From Trichomonas gallinae (taxonomy: Eukaryota): a stretch of DNA of 37,069 nt. Every line of letters starts with the position of its first letter. Within the stretch, counting starts at the first letter, position 1. The translations under genes and the position numbers were made by a program. The notes under the pieces were generated by a model that was given only the letters and a program-made list of their open reading frames with translations, searched no databases and was not told the DNA's origin. The stretch lies in NCBI GenBank assembly GCA_008369845.1, contig MRSU01011155.1:1-37069 (forward strand). Reading direction: 5' to 3'. Positions 11,626-21,063 of the stretch are shown here, piece by piece.

Positions 11626-12006
11626 ATGAGTGCTTGCCCGCAATGTGAACCAGACCCAGTTCCTCATGTAATAGACTTATCAGACGATAGCGACGATTCC
11701 AACTACAAGAGCGATTTATGGGAAGATAAAATAATTGTGCTTCCTCCACAACAGAAATGGGATAAGCCATCTGGAAAAGCTCTCTATGTAACTCAAGTAT
11801 CTATGACAATACCACCTACAGGAAGTGAAGGAACTTTCGGTATTCTCAATGCTGTAATGGCTGAAGGTCTTTACGCAATTTGCAAAATATTCCCTCATCA
11901 ACCAAACCAGCCATTAAATCTTGCATGGAGCCAAAATCAGGAAGTATCCTTCATCAATTCAGGAAATAGACCAATCAGTGTCGCTCTCCTTGTAAAATGC
12001 GATTAA
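11626..12006 (+). CDS. Small nucleoplasmin-like (NPL) domain protein with N-terminal CxxC and acidic SIM-like motif
   Basis: First in-frame ATG at 11626. LYVTQVSM...YAICKIFPHQPNQPLNLAWSQNQEVSFINSGNRPISV resembles the NPL core of FKBP39/HD-tuins. HVIDLSDDSDDS is SIM-like. Confidence 0.65.
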   Translation: MSACPQCEPDPVPHVIDLSDDSDDSNYKSDLWEDKIIVLPPQQKWDKPSGKALYVTQVSMTIPPTGSEGTFGILNAVMAEGLYAICKIFPHQPNQPLNLAWSQNQEVSFINSGNRPISVALLVKCD

Positions 12007-12317
12007 GATTTGTTCGAATACTCAATAAAATGTATGTAAATGTTTTAATTATCTTACATCTATTACATATATTAATATCTTTTAATTTATATGATAAAAA
12101 TATAATGTATTAATAATAGTTTAGGAGCCAAACATTTGGGCATAAAGAGCTGTTTTATTTGCATGCTTAGTTTAAAAAGAAGAAAGTTGAAATTTTAAAA
12201 TTTATGCCAAAATTTAATTTTCTTTAAAGAATGTATGGAAATTACTCCAAAGATTAAAATCATGTAATGGTTTAATAAATGGAATCTATAAAGCAGCGGC
12301 TTTATTGAATAAAAAAT

Positions 12318-12428
12318 CTGTGTGTTAGTTTGTTTTCTAATATTTGTTTGGGTCAGTGTTGCAAGTTTTCCTCATACTTCAGTGAGGTTCTCACAGTATC
12401 ATCAAACCCATTTAAATCGAATACATAC
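12318..12428 (-). other. Spliceosomal intron (trichomonad type, 111 nt)
   Basis: 5' splice site GTATGT at 12428-12423 and the exact 12-nt fused branch point/3' splice site ACTAACACACAG at 12329-12318, same strand, with typical length. Confidence 0.88.
12349..12410 (-). ncRNA. Box C/D snoRNA, intron-encoded (about 62 nt)
   Basis: Minus strand TGGG-TT-TGATGA (C, 12404-12399)-guide-CTGA (D', 12382-12379)-AGT-ATGAGGA (C', 12375-12369)-guide-CTGA (D, 12356-12353)-CCCA. All four boxes are in order, closed by a TGGG/CCCA terminal stem. Confidence 0.85.
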
Positions 12429-13069
12429 TATTCCCAAGATGCCTTGAAAGATTCTGGCTGGACAAAACCGCCAAGATCGTCTTTATCTGTTATCTGACTT
12501 TACATTTGACAATTAGATAATTTACGTGTCATTTTGATATATTTCTTGTTTTTTGACAGTTTACAATTCATTATTTTTGTCAATTTGACTGTTTACATCA
12601 TAGATATTTTTGCCACAATGATAGTTTACAAAAAACAGTGCATGGAAAAATTAAAATTCGTTTAGAATTTACAGCGAACAATTTGATTTTATGTAAATTC
12701 TCTGAGTAGAAAAAATCAAACGCATTCAGTTATATTAACAGAAATACACGGACCATTCATCACAAAAAAAAAATTCCAGTTACGGCGAAAATTTTACTCA
12801 TTTTCTCAGCTGCCGTTATATTTGTTGTGAGTTACAGATTAGAAATATTAGCTCAAAAACAGAAAATCTATAAATGGTCAGAATGAAGCAAAAAAATGCC
12901 GCAAAACAGATTTTTTTGGAATTGCTTGCTGGCCCTCTAAACTACTGTGAATGAATTTAAAAGACCGAGTATTAAATAAGTTAACGGATTATTATTGTTT
13001 TTTGCTCTCAATTTTCGCGGGTTCATTTGAAATTTTGAGAGGGTCTGTTTGATGCTCTAACTGTGTCTA

Positions 13070-14179
13070 ATGGCGATGAGGAGACCCGTATCCCAAGAGT
13101 ACCACAGCTCACTGGTTTTTGACGCTTTGGAGTGTCATTCTGACCCAAAGGACCTTATATCTTCAATCTTAAACCAGGATGTTAGCGATATGCCTAACAA
13201 TGAAGATATGCTGTGGAAAAGACTATACGATCTTACGTATCATGGTGGGAAAAGGATGAGAATAATCCAAAGACCCACTTTTACGGACATCGATTCGATA
13301 GTAAAGTGCATAGACGAAGCTTCTAAAATTGTTGTAATTTTAGGAGCGGGAGGAAGCGTAGGACCCGACTTTCGTTCGCCCGGAGGACTCTATGACTCCA
13401 TTGCGAAGGAAGGTGTCTTTGATGATCCTTGCCAAGTCTTTGATTTGGACTCCTTTATGGATGATCCATCTATTTTCTGGAAATTTGCGCATACGATCTT
13501 TCCAGAAAGATATCCTAGGCACTCTCAAGCGCATTATTTCTTGGAAAACCTTGAAAAGCGCGGAAAATTGCTCAGATTGTATTCTCAGAACGTCGACGCG
13601 CTCGATGTAGGTATAAAACCGGAGCATTTGAGGTGTGTTCACGGATCGTGGAGGGAGTCGCACTGCATGAACTGCGATGCCCTTCATTCAATTGAAGATA
13701 TTAGAGAGTATGTAGAGAGAGGAGAAATCCCGAAGTGTATATTCTGCGGTGGCAATATAAAGCCCGGCATTGTTTTCTTTGGTCAATCGGTGAATCTGAA
13801 TGACTTCGAATTAGAAAACGACGCCAGAGAAGCCGATCTATTGCTGGTTATCGGAACTTCTCTCAGCGTGGCACCTGTTTCAGAGATTCCTAAGATGATG
13901 AAACACGTTCCTTCCATATTAATTAATAGAGCGACTGTCAAACCTCGTTTTTCCGCGGAGCTACTTGGTGAGTGCGATGATGTTGTCGATTTCATTGAGG
14001 CGATGCTTGGTTGGTCTTCCGAAGACAAGAAGATTGTGGACATTAATGCAATCACGAAATTCAAGTCCAATAAGTTCATTTTCCCTTCCGAATCTCCGTT
14101 TGCAACAAGAGTGATCCCAACCACGCTCACAAACTTCCTTGCTACGTCCGTACCTGTTGATGTCGATGACCTCGCATGA
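13070..14179 (+). CDS. Sir2-family NAD-dependent deacetylase (class I-like sirtuin)
   Basis: GAGGS..PDFRS, SQNVD, HGSW (catalytic His), CMNC/CIFC zinc site, KPGIVFFGQ, GTSLSVAP, INR. Confidence 0.95.
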   Translation: MAMRRPVSQEYHSSLVFDALECHSDPKDLISSILNQDVSDMPNNEDMLWKRLYDLTYHGGKRMRIIQRPTFTDIDSIVKCIDEASKIVVILGAGGSVGPDFRSPGGLYDSIAKEGVFDDPCQVFDLDSFMDDPSIFWKFAHTIFPERYPRHSQAHYFLENLEKRGKLLRLYSQNVDALDVGIKPEHLRCVHGSWRESHCMNCDALHSIEDIREYVERGEIPKCIFCGGNIKPGIVFFGQSVNLNDFELENDAREADLLLVIGTSLSVAPVSEIPKMMKHVPSILINRATVKPRFSAELLGECDDVVDFIEAMLGWSSEDKKIVDINAITKFKSNKFIFPSESPFATRVIPTTLTNFLATSVPVDVDDLA

Positions 14180-15010
14180 AAAATTTTAACCCTCGGAAAA
14201 CGAAAATTTTCTATAGAAACTTTTTATTTGTGTTGTCAAGTTTTTGTTTCTTGGCGACTGTTATATATATATATTATTTTGTTATGATATAAAGCTTATA
14301 CATACCTTTCTGTCGATCGTCAATTTTTTTTTAATTTTCCCACCAAAACACATCAATTTTGACCTGGAGACTAAAATTCAAAAAGTTCTGGCCTTAGAAA
14401 AGCTATATCACGTAGATATTGCTAAGATTTGAACAATAATTTAATCGTAATATAATCTGGAGTCCTAACTGCGTAATTTCCTATGTATACCACCCTCAAC
14501 TTGCCTATATAATGTCTGCATTCCTAGAACCTTTCGAAGTTACCTTGTATATAATATATTATAAAATAACATTCTGATAAAGCAAATAATTGTATATCAA
14601 TTCATCTATGAATATCTTTGATTGAAGAAGCGGAAAATTGAACACTTTTGGAAATTTCATCAATTGAATGATATACAGATTTTTGAAACATGTTATATAT
14701 ATATATAAAGCTAGCACATATCTTTCTACTGTGCGTTAATTATCATATGTATAAAACTTTAGAAGTAATTCAACTTATATGATCAAAATCAGGCCATAGC
14801 TCAATGAGCAAATATACAGTGCATAATATCCAGTAGTGATAATCAATGATCAATATATCGCTTTCAAATTGTTAAATATTGATCTTATCATAGTCTAGGA
14901 GTTAATCATGAATGTACTGTGTAAACAATGATTTAACAATATAAATTCATTATAAATAAAGACAAATATTTATTTAATATAAATTGATAAATTAAAATAA
15001 CAAAAAAAAA

Positions 15011-18000
15011 TCATTGATTTGGTTCATTTTCTTTGATTTCTACCTGTGGATGTCTGTGACTTCCAGTTTCAAGCACAGTAAGTTCAAGTTTGTTTGGCGA
15101 CCAAATCTTCAAGATGCAACTTGAGTCTATCATCAGCTGTTTCCTTACTAAAGCGAGTGTCCATGGCTCTTTCTTCTTGTCAACATTCCACTGCACGAAA
15201 GGAGTCGTTCCTGCGCAATACTCTTCCTCTTTGAACTCGTACGTTCTGTAGTCTCTTCCCACGTAGATCCTATCTATAGGTCTTCCGTAGTTGTAAACCA
15301 AGTAAGCTGTTACTGGTGAATTTTGCGCCGAATGCGATAAACCGATCGTCAAAGTGTTGTTTGATGCTAAGCATCTCAAGGAAACATTCGCGACTTCAAG
15401 CAAACTCTCGCAGTTTTCGTCGTATGGATCAATCTGTGGCTCATCTTCTGCGGAGAAATTATATTTCAACTCGTACAAGTAAAAAGACTTGTAATCATTC
15501 ATAGTATAAACGAACTTAAAGTTTGTCAAGAACTCATCAAGAGAAATCGTGAAATTCTTTGAGCCTTTGTATTCCTTCATGCCGAATAATCTTAATGACT
15601 CTGAGTTGTCGTCTTCATATATGCTTTCGACGACAGCGTAATTTGAAATTCCTTCTTTAGAAAGTCTCGTCGCGCAAACAAGTCCGTTGTTATGTATAGC
15701 ATCATTAATTTGCATGAACAACTCTCCGCTCTCGGCGATCTGCTGTGTTTCGTCGCTCTGAAGGTTGTAGCACCTCAAAACGCCGTTGTCAAAGAATGTC
15801 ATCAAATCTGGTGGAAGACATAAATCATCGAGGCTAGAATATGATCCTAAAACCTTCGCCATTGCTTTTTCGACAATGGAGAACCACCAGGACGAGCTCG
15901 CCCTCTTTGCTGGTTCCAGAAGGATGCTGTCTCTCTCGCGATAAGGGACAGAGCTGTCAACTAGCACGAAGTATCCATAACCTTTGTAGAGAAAATTGAG
16001 GACGAACAAACCTTTTTCTTTGAAGACTTGCGAGAAAACTCCGAGGTCTGTGTCTTTCTTGTTAGCGTAGGCGAGAAGTACTGCTGCTATTGAATCATCG
16101 TTGATCATGTCATTGCCTGATTTGAAGTCTTCAAGTTGACCTTTTCCGAAGTTTCCTGTATATAAGTCTTCGGCTCTGTAAAACTTGACTTTTGACAGCA
16201 GCTCTGCGTCTTCGTCAACTGGGTCTCTTCCAGGCGCGAAGCTCTCGTCGACGTATCTCACTTTAGGATTCTCTTGCAGTTCTTTGATGATCGAGTTGTA
16301 ATAATTTATGACTTTTTCTGGCATGTTCGCTTTAATGAATGCGTATACTTTGTGGTTGATCCTTGAGCCTTTCTTGATCAGCTGGTTGACTCTATCCATT
16401 AAAGTATTCTCTTCTCCTTGTTTTAGATTATTTATTTGCTCAACTATTTGAGAAATTTGGACTCTCATCGTTGGATCAGGTAATAGTCGCTTCTTAATTG
16501 CATCATCGATGAATGGCCAGTAAGATTCAACTGATTTCAAGAAAGATGAAATAATTCTCATGTTTTTGATCGCCATGACGTCAGAAGTAATGATCAATTG
16601 TGCTCTAAATGCGCAGTAGAATTCAACCTTTTGTCTGCTCGCGTTCTCATCGTTGTCAATGAATCGAATAAAATCTGCATAATTGTAAAACTTCGATGTA
16701 TCGCTATTTGAGTGGAAATCTGTTGAGGAAGCCTGCATTGCGTTGTTTATTGACGTCTCAATTGCTTGTTTCGTGTTGATATACTGCAAAACATCAACAG
16801 ATTCAATATCTGTCTTCAACAAGAAGTAGAAAACGATGAAGAATGGAATAACGAATGCTATGCACTCCAAAAGGAAGCCTAAAGCAGGAATTGTGTAATA
16901 AGTTATCAAAATCGTGCCGGAAATTAAAGGAGCCCAAAACATGAAGCCAAAACAGAGTCCAACCATCTTAATCTCGTTGAAGTGCTTGTTTCCGTAATAA
17001 AACACTGGGAAGAAGTAATCAGAAACAGCTATTTTTCCGCCTTTGTTTGTAACTCGAAGATTATATAGTGAATACATCAAGCAGATTATCCATAATGATA
17101 TTATAACACCTGTAATGAAGCTCGCAACATCTTTCGAGACAATAAAATGACAAATAATAAACGCAATAATAATAAAAGCGGTAATTAAGGATTCTGTTAA
17201 GACATAATACCATTTCTTGCTAAAGAACATGTAACAGATGGCAAATAATAAAATAGATCCAATGATTACGAAAACAAAATTGATTGTATAAAATCTTTTG
17301 CTGAAAACGATGATGAAAGCGAATACTATCAATTGTAAGCATGTTATGAATGTTAATACTAAGACCTCGAGGTTAACAAAATGATGTGCGCGAATTAAAT
17401 CGAAATAAATCACTGAAAGACCTAATATGAACAAAACAATGGCATCAACAAGGCATACTATCACCTTATGATGTTTCCAAATAAAGAAAGAACCTATTAT
17501 CGATGTAATTACTGATATTGCAGCAAAAACTCCTAAAATAATGCGCATTATCATGAAATTGCTTGATGCTTTTTGTATATTCAAGCAAAAAACCACGAAT
17601 AACAACACCAACACAGATAAAACGAATAATGTGTGAACTTTTGTTTCTCCTGTGAAAGGCAGAGCGATTAGAAGGACAACCAATGCAATATATACAAGAG
17701 CTGAGACCGAGTAAATCCAATAATCGCCGAAAATGTTGCAAGGATCAATAAAGAAATTCTTGATATAATCAAATTTGTAAGTTCTCGCAAATAAGACTGT
17801 TGCTGAAATGAGCGCATACGTTAATGGTATATAAAAGTGAATATCGTATATTTTTTGCTTCAATCCGAATATAAACACGATAAAATTGATAAATGCGAAA
17901 ATTAGAAGCAATATTGGATAAATGTTGCTTATAAATTCTGAATCACCGTATATATAGTCTAGTTTCGTCATTGCGTATGTGAATGCGTAGAAAAACACGA

Positions 18001-19249
18001 GAATTATTACAATTTTCGCAAAATTCTTTGTATTTAATGAATAGGTATCATCTGTGACTAGTATTTCATTCGAGATATCTTTAAAAACGTGTATTTCGAC
18101 AATGATTGCTATCATGAGAATCATACTAAAAATAAAACCGAGAATAGTAATTAATTTTCCAATTCCGAACTCTTTCTTCGAAATATCTGTGATTTGCGAC
18201 TGCATTTCTTCTGGAATGTTCTCCTTCTTGACTAATGCAGGCTCATTATAGAATATTTTCTTTGTAATAAAAAATAAAAATTCGCTAATGAAATAGAAAC
18301 CGACAACAATGAAAACTATGCATTGATTTACAATCCAATACTTTTCCTGGAGGGCTACAGTTATGTATTTCAGTATAATAAAGATTATTGCGAGAATTAT
18401 AAAAACTTGTTTCGAAAGCTTTGATGTTTGCAGCACAATAATGAAAACATCCAGTGCCATGTACAAAACACATGTAGAAATTGTTGAATGCGGGTTGTTT
18501 TTGTGGAATTTCCAGATTATTAATCCGTTACTTGTGAAACTTATCGCTAAACCAGCAATAACGGCAAAAGCAACGGACACTTTGTAGCATACACCGTTAT
18601 TCAATATCATTCCTTCGTGTTCTTGATTAATAATCGAATTCACAAATTCATCTTTGTTTTGTTTAGATTGTATGATTGAAGTAAGCGTGTTTGAGTTTAG
18701 TCGCCTTCTAATGGCTGTAATAATCGCATAATATACGAATATTGGCGGCCAGGAAATGTAGCTGATTAATGTTTCGAAATTTCTGTTAGGAACAAGAACT
18801 GCGTGAACTAATGAAAGGAAGAATAGTATCAAGAAGCACGTGAATATTGCGTATTTTAGGAAGTTCGTCATTCTATATCCGCTTCTATTGTAATTCATTA
18901 TCGAATATAGCAAAGCGAAGGATGTAAGTGTTTCGAAAAGCATATCTATGCCAATTAATTTTGGTTTGAGATTAACAGAGACCATTATTCCGACAATAAT
19001 AGTAATAACGAACGGCGCTCCGTAAATAATCCACCAAAACAGTTCAAATGATATTGATGGTTCTGAAAATGGGTCTCTTTTGAGTAAATATGCGATTTTA
19101 TGCTTTGCATTTAATGCTGGCCGCCAATTCAATAAAAATTCTTGAATTAAGCAGCCAAAAATAAATGTTACAACTACAGCAATTCCGTATTCTTTGAGGT
19201 ATTGAAGAAAGCGCTTAGTTCTGAGTCCTTCTGGCGAAACAAAAGGCAT
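15011..19249 (-). CDS. Multi-pass transmembrane calpain-like protein (DEK1/TML-calpain architecture), probably catalytically inactive
   Basis: About 810 N-terminal aa with over 20 hydrophobic segments, then CysPc hallmarks (YVDESF, YFVLVDSSVPY, WWFSIVEKAMAKVLGSYSSLD, FTISLDEFLTNF) and a C2-like C-terminus. Confidence 0.85.
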   Translation of the reverse strand: MPFVSPEGLRTKRFLQYLKEYGIAVVVTFIFGCLIQEFLLNWRPALNAKHKIAYLLKRDPFSEPSISFELFWWIIYGAPFVITIIVGIMVSVNLKPKLIGIDMLFETLTSFALLYSIMNYNRSGYRMTNFLKYAIFTCFLILFFLSLVHAVLVPNRNFETLISYISWPPIFVYYAIITAIRRRLNSNTLTSIIQSKQNKDEFVNSIINQEHEGMILNNGVCYKVSVAFAVIAGLAISFTSNGLIIWKFHKNNPHSTISTCVLYMALDVFIIVLQTSKLSKQVFIILAIIFIILKYITVALQEKYWIVNQCIVFIVVGFYFISEFLFFITKKIFYNEPALVKKENIPEEMQSQITDISKKEFGIGKLITILGFIFSMILMIAIIVEIHVFKDISNEILVTDDTYSLNTKNFAKIVIILVFFYAFTYAMTKLDYIYGDSEFISNIYPILLLIFAFINFIVFIFGLKQKIYDIHFYIPLTYALISATVLFARTYKFDYIKNFFIDPCNIFGDYWIYSVSALVYIALVVLLIALPFTGETKVHTLFVLSVLVLLFVVFCLNIQKASSNFMIMRIILGVFAAISVITSIIGSFFIWKHHKVIVCLVDAIVLFILGLSVIYFDLIRAHHFVNLEVLVLTFITCLQLIVFAFIIVFSKRFYTINFVFVIIGSILLFAICYMFFSKKWYYVLTESLITAFIIIAFIICHFIVSKDVASFITGVIISLWIICLMYSLYNLRVTNKGGKIAVSDYFFPVFYYGNKHFNEIKMVGLCFGFMFWAPLISGTILITYYTIPALGFLLECIAFVIPFFIVFYFLLKTDIESVDVLQYINTKQAIETSINNAMQASSTDFHSNSDTSKFYNYADFIRFIDNDENASRQKVEFYCAFRAQLIITSDVMAIKNMRIISSFLKSVESYWPFIDDAIKKRLLPDPTMRVQISQIVEQINNLKQGEENTLMDRVNQLIKKGSRINHKVYAFIKANMPEKVINYYNSIIKELQENPKVRYVDESFAPGRDPVDEDAELLSKVKFYRAEDLYTGNFGKGQLEDFKSGNDMINDDSIAAVLLAYANKKDTDLGVFSQVFKEKGLFVLNFLYKGYGYFVLVDSSVPYRERDSILLEPAKRASSSWWFSIVEKAMAKVLGSYSSLDDLCLPPDLMTFFDNGVLRCYNLQSDETQQIAESGELFMQINDAIHNNGLVCATRLSKEGISNYAVVESIYEDDNSESLRLFGMKEYKGSKNFTISLDEFLTNFKFVYTMNDYKSFYLYELKYNFSAEDEPQIDPYDENCESLLEVANVSLRCLASNNTLTIGLSHSAQNSPVTAYLVYNYGRPIDRIYVGRDYRTYEFKEEEYCAGTTPFVQWNVDKKKEPWTLALVRKQLMIDSSCILKIWSPNKLELTVLETGSHRHPQVEIKENEPNQ

Positions 19250-19632
19250 CTAAACTAAGCTCGAAATTGCTTTAAAATTTACCTACCCCTGCATTTTCCA
19301 AAAATATAAATATCTATAACTATATCATATTGTAAATCTATATCTACAAAATTTGTTATTGAGGGGGAGCATAATGTTTACAAAACAAAACTTTGTGCGT
19401 TTAAAAAAAGTGAAAAATAAAAACTTGATTTCATTATACATATCAACTGTTTGCTAGATATTAAAACGAATATTCATGAAAAAACATATGCATTCCATTG
19501 ACAAATTTAGGAATGATTTTTAAGAAAACTGACAATAAGGTTTAATTGTAAAATTTCAAAAATGCAAATATTATACAAACAACATGAAATGCGTATTCAA
19601 ATCTTGTGTGCACCATGTTTTTGCAATTTTTG

Positions 19633-19838
19633 ATCAATATATTTTGCGTTTACATCTATACAAGGAACTCCGAGAATGTGTTTGACAAAATCCGATGACT
19701 GTTTTCTGAAGCTATAATCAAAGCTGTATTGTTGCTTTTATCTTTTGTGTTGACAACTATTCAAGGAACTGCGAGGAGGAGTTGAACAATTTTATGATAA
19801 CTTGGAATTGAGGCAGTCATCAAAGCTGTATTGTTCCA
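19633..19838 (-). pseudogene. Ankyrin repeat remnant (34-aa 'LLAVPGIDVNAK' type)
   Basis: Imperfect ~102-bp direct repeat (CAAGGAACT at 19661/19762; ATCAAAGCTGTATTGTT at 19717/19819). It translates as NNTALMTAS..YHKIVQLLLAVP*IVVNTKDKSNNTALIIASENSH/DFVKHILGVPCIDVNAK, with TGA at 19761-19763 and a frameshift near 19692. Confidence 0.85.
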
Positions 19839-20109
19839 TAGATCTATAGCGGTTTTCAGCAATAACATGATAAAATTGCATCTGGGGTATTGTATGGCAT
19901 GTATCTCCAACTAGGAAGCCTAGGCATAATCAATACTTCTAGTAATCAAAGAGTAACACATATGGAATAATATTTAATGTGAACTAATATTTATGAAGCT
20001 ATTACCAGAAAAAAGGGGAAGAATTCTCAGCAAAAAAAGGGAAAATAAAATTATGTTGGCAAAAAAGATATAATTTTTGACACGTAAAATATGCGAAATG
20101 TCATATTTT

Positions 20110-20814
20110 ATGTTCGGAAGATCGAAGGGAATTGATCCTAATCAGCTTTTAATCACGCAGAAGATGGTGAATGCTGAAGTCGGTGCTATATCACGCAAAG
20201 AACAAGGAAATTTCGATGCCGCGTGCAGAAATTGTGCAAAATTTATTGACGCGAAAAATAAGGCTCAAGCGCTTGTAGCAGGCAAGAAAATTCTTGAGGC
20301 AAAGAATAAAGTTGACGCAGCCACTGAATTGTTAAAATTTATCGCGCAATTAAAGGATAAAGCAGAATTTATCGCTAAAAACCAAATGGATGCAAACTGT
20401 GAAAATATTGTTGTTTCAATGTGCTGTGGTGCTGATTTCTTTAAGACCGATGGACTTACGAAATTCAAGACTCAACAAATGAAAGATATTTTCAAATCAA
20501 AAGCAAGCGAGCATATGAAACCGGAAAAATTGCCCGAGCCATTGAAAACATTATTCTCCACAACAACAATATCTGAATTAGAAGTAATTTCCGCAATTCG
20601 TGAGCATGCAGCTCCTTTTGTTAGAGATTCTGGAGCTATTGATTCACTTTTTGGTGCTGCTCCTACTGAACAAGAAGTTATTGCATCAAAAACACCAGTT
20701 TTAGCAGCATCTAAGAAAGATAAATTTGTTGAACATATTGACTTGTTTACAATCACAAATTGTGATGTTATTCCAATTGATCGTTGGAATACAATTCTTT
20801 CTTCCATACAGTGA
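20110..20814 (+). CDS. IST1-like (ESCRT-III/Vps4 regulator) domain protein
   Basis: The N-terminal ~130 aa follow the IST1 helical pattern (MFG...L...KM...K..CAKFI....QA....KIL...DA..L..F...L). ATG 20110 is preferred because Inr TCAT lies at 20101; ATG 20098 is an alternative. Confidence 0.6.
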   Translation: MFGRSKGIDPNQLLITQKMVNAEVGAISRKEQGNFDAACRNCAKFIDAKNKAQALVAGKKILEAKNKVDAATELLKFIAQLKDKAEFIAKNQMDANCENIVVSMCCGADFFKTDGLTKFKTQQMKDIFKSKASEHMKPEKLPEPLKTLFSTTTISELEVISAIREHAAPFVRDSGAIDSLFGAAPTEQEVIASKTPVLAASKKDKFVEHIDLFTITNCDVIPIDRWNTILSSIQ

Positions 20815-21063
20815 ATTAAAAATTGTTTGTTATTTTGTGTGAATAAAATATATTTCATATTCTTTAATCATAAGTGAAAAAATCAATTTACTTAATAATA
20901 GGTTAAATGAATAATAACAAATCTTTTGATTTATTTAGATTTTTTTTATAAAAAAATATATTTCGTTAAATTTAAATTTAATAGCTAAATTGTTAAGTGA
21001 TAGATATTAAATTTTATATTGACTGCGAATTGTGACTTGATAAAAAGAATTGAGATAAAAATT

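Noticed and set aside
14186..14202. TTAACCCT piggyBac-like end after Sir2
   Set aside because: No matching inverted terminus or transposase found in the window.
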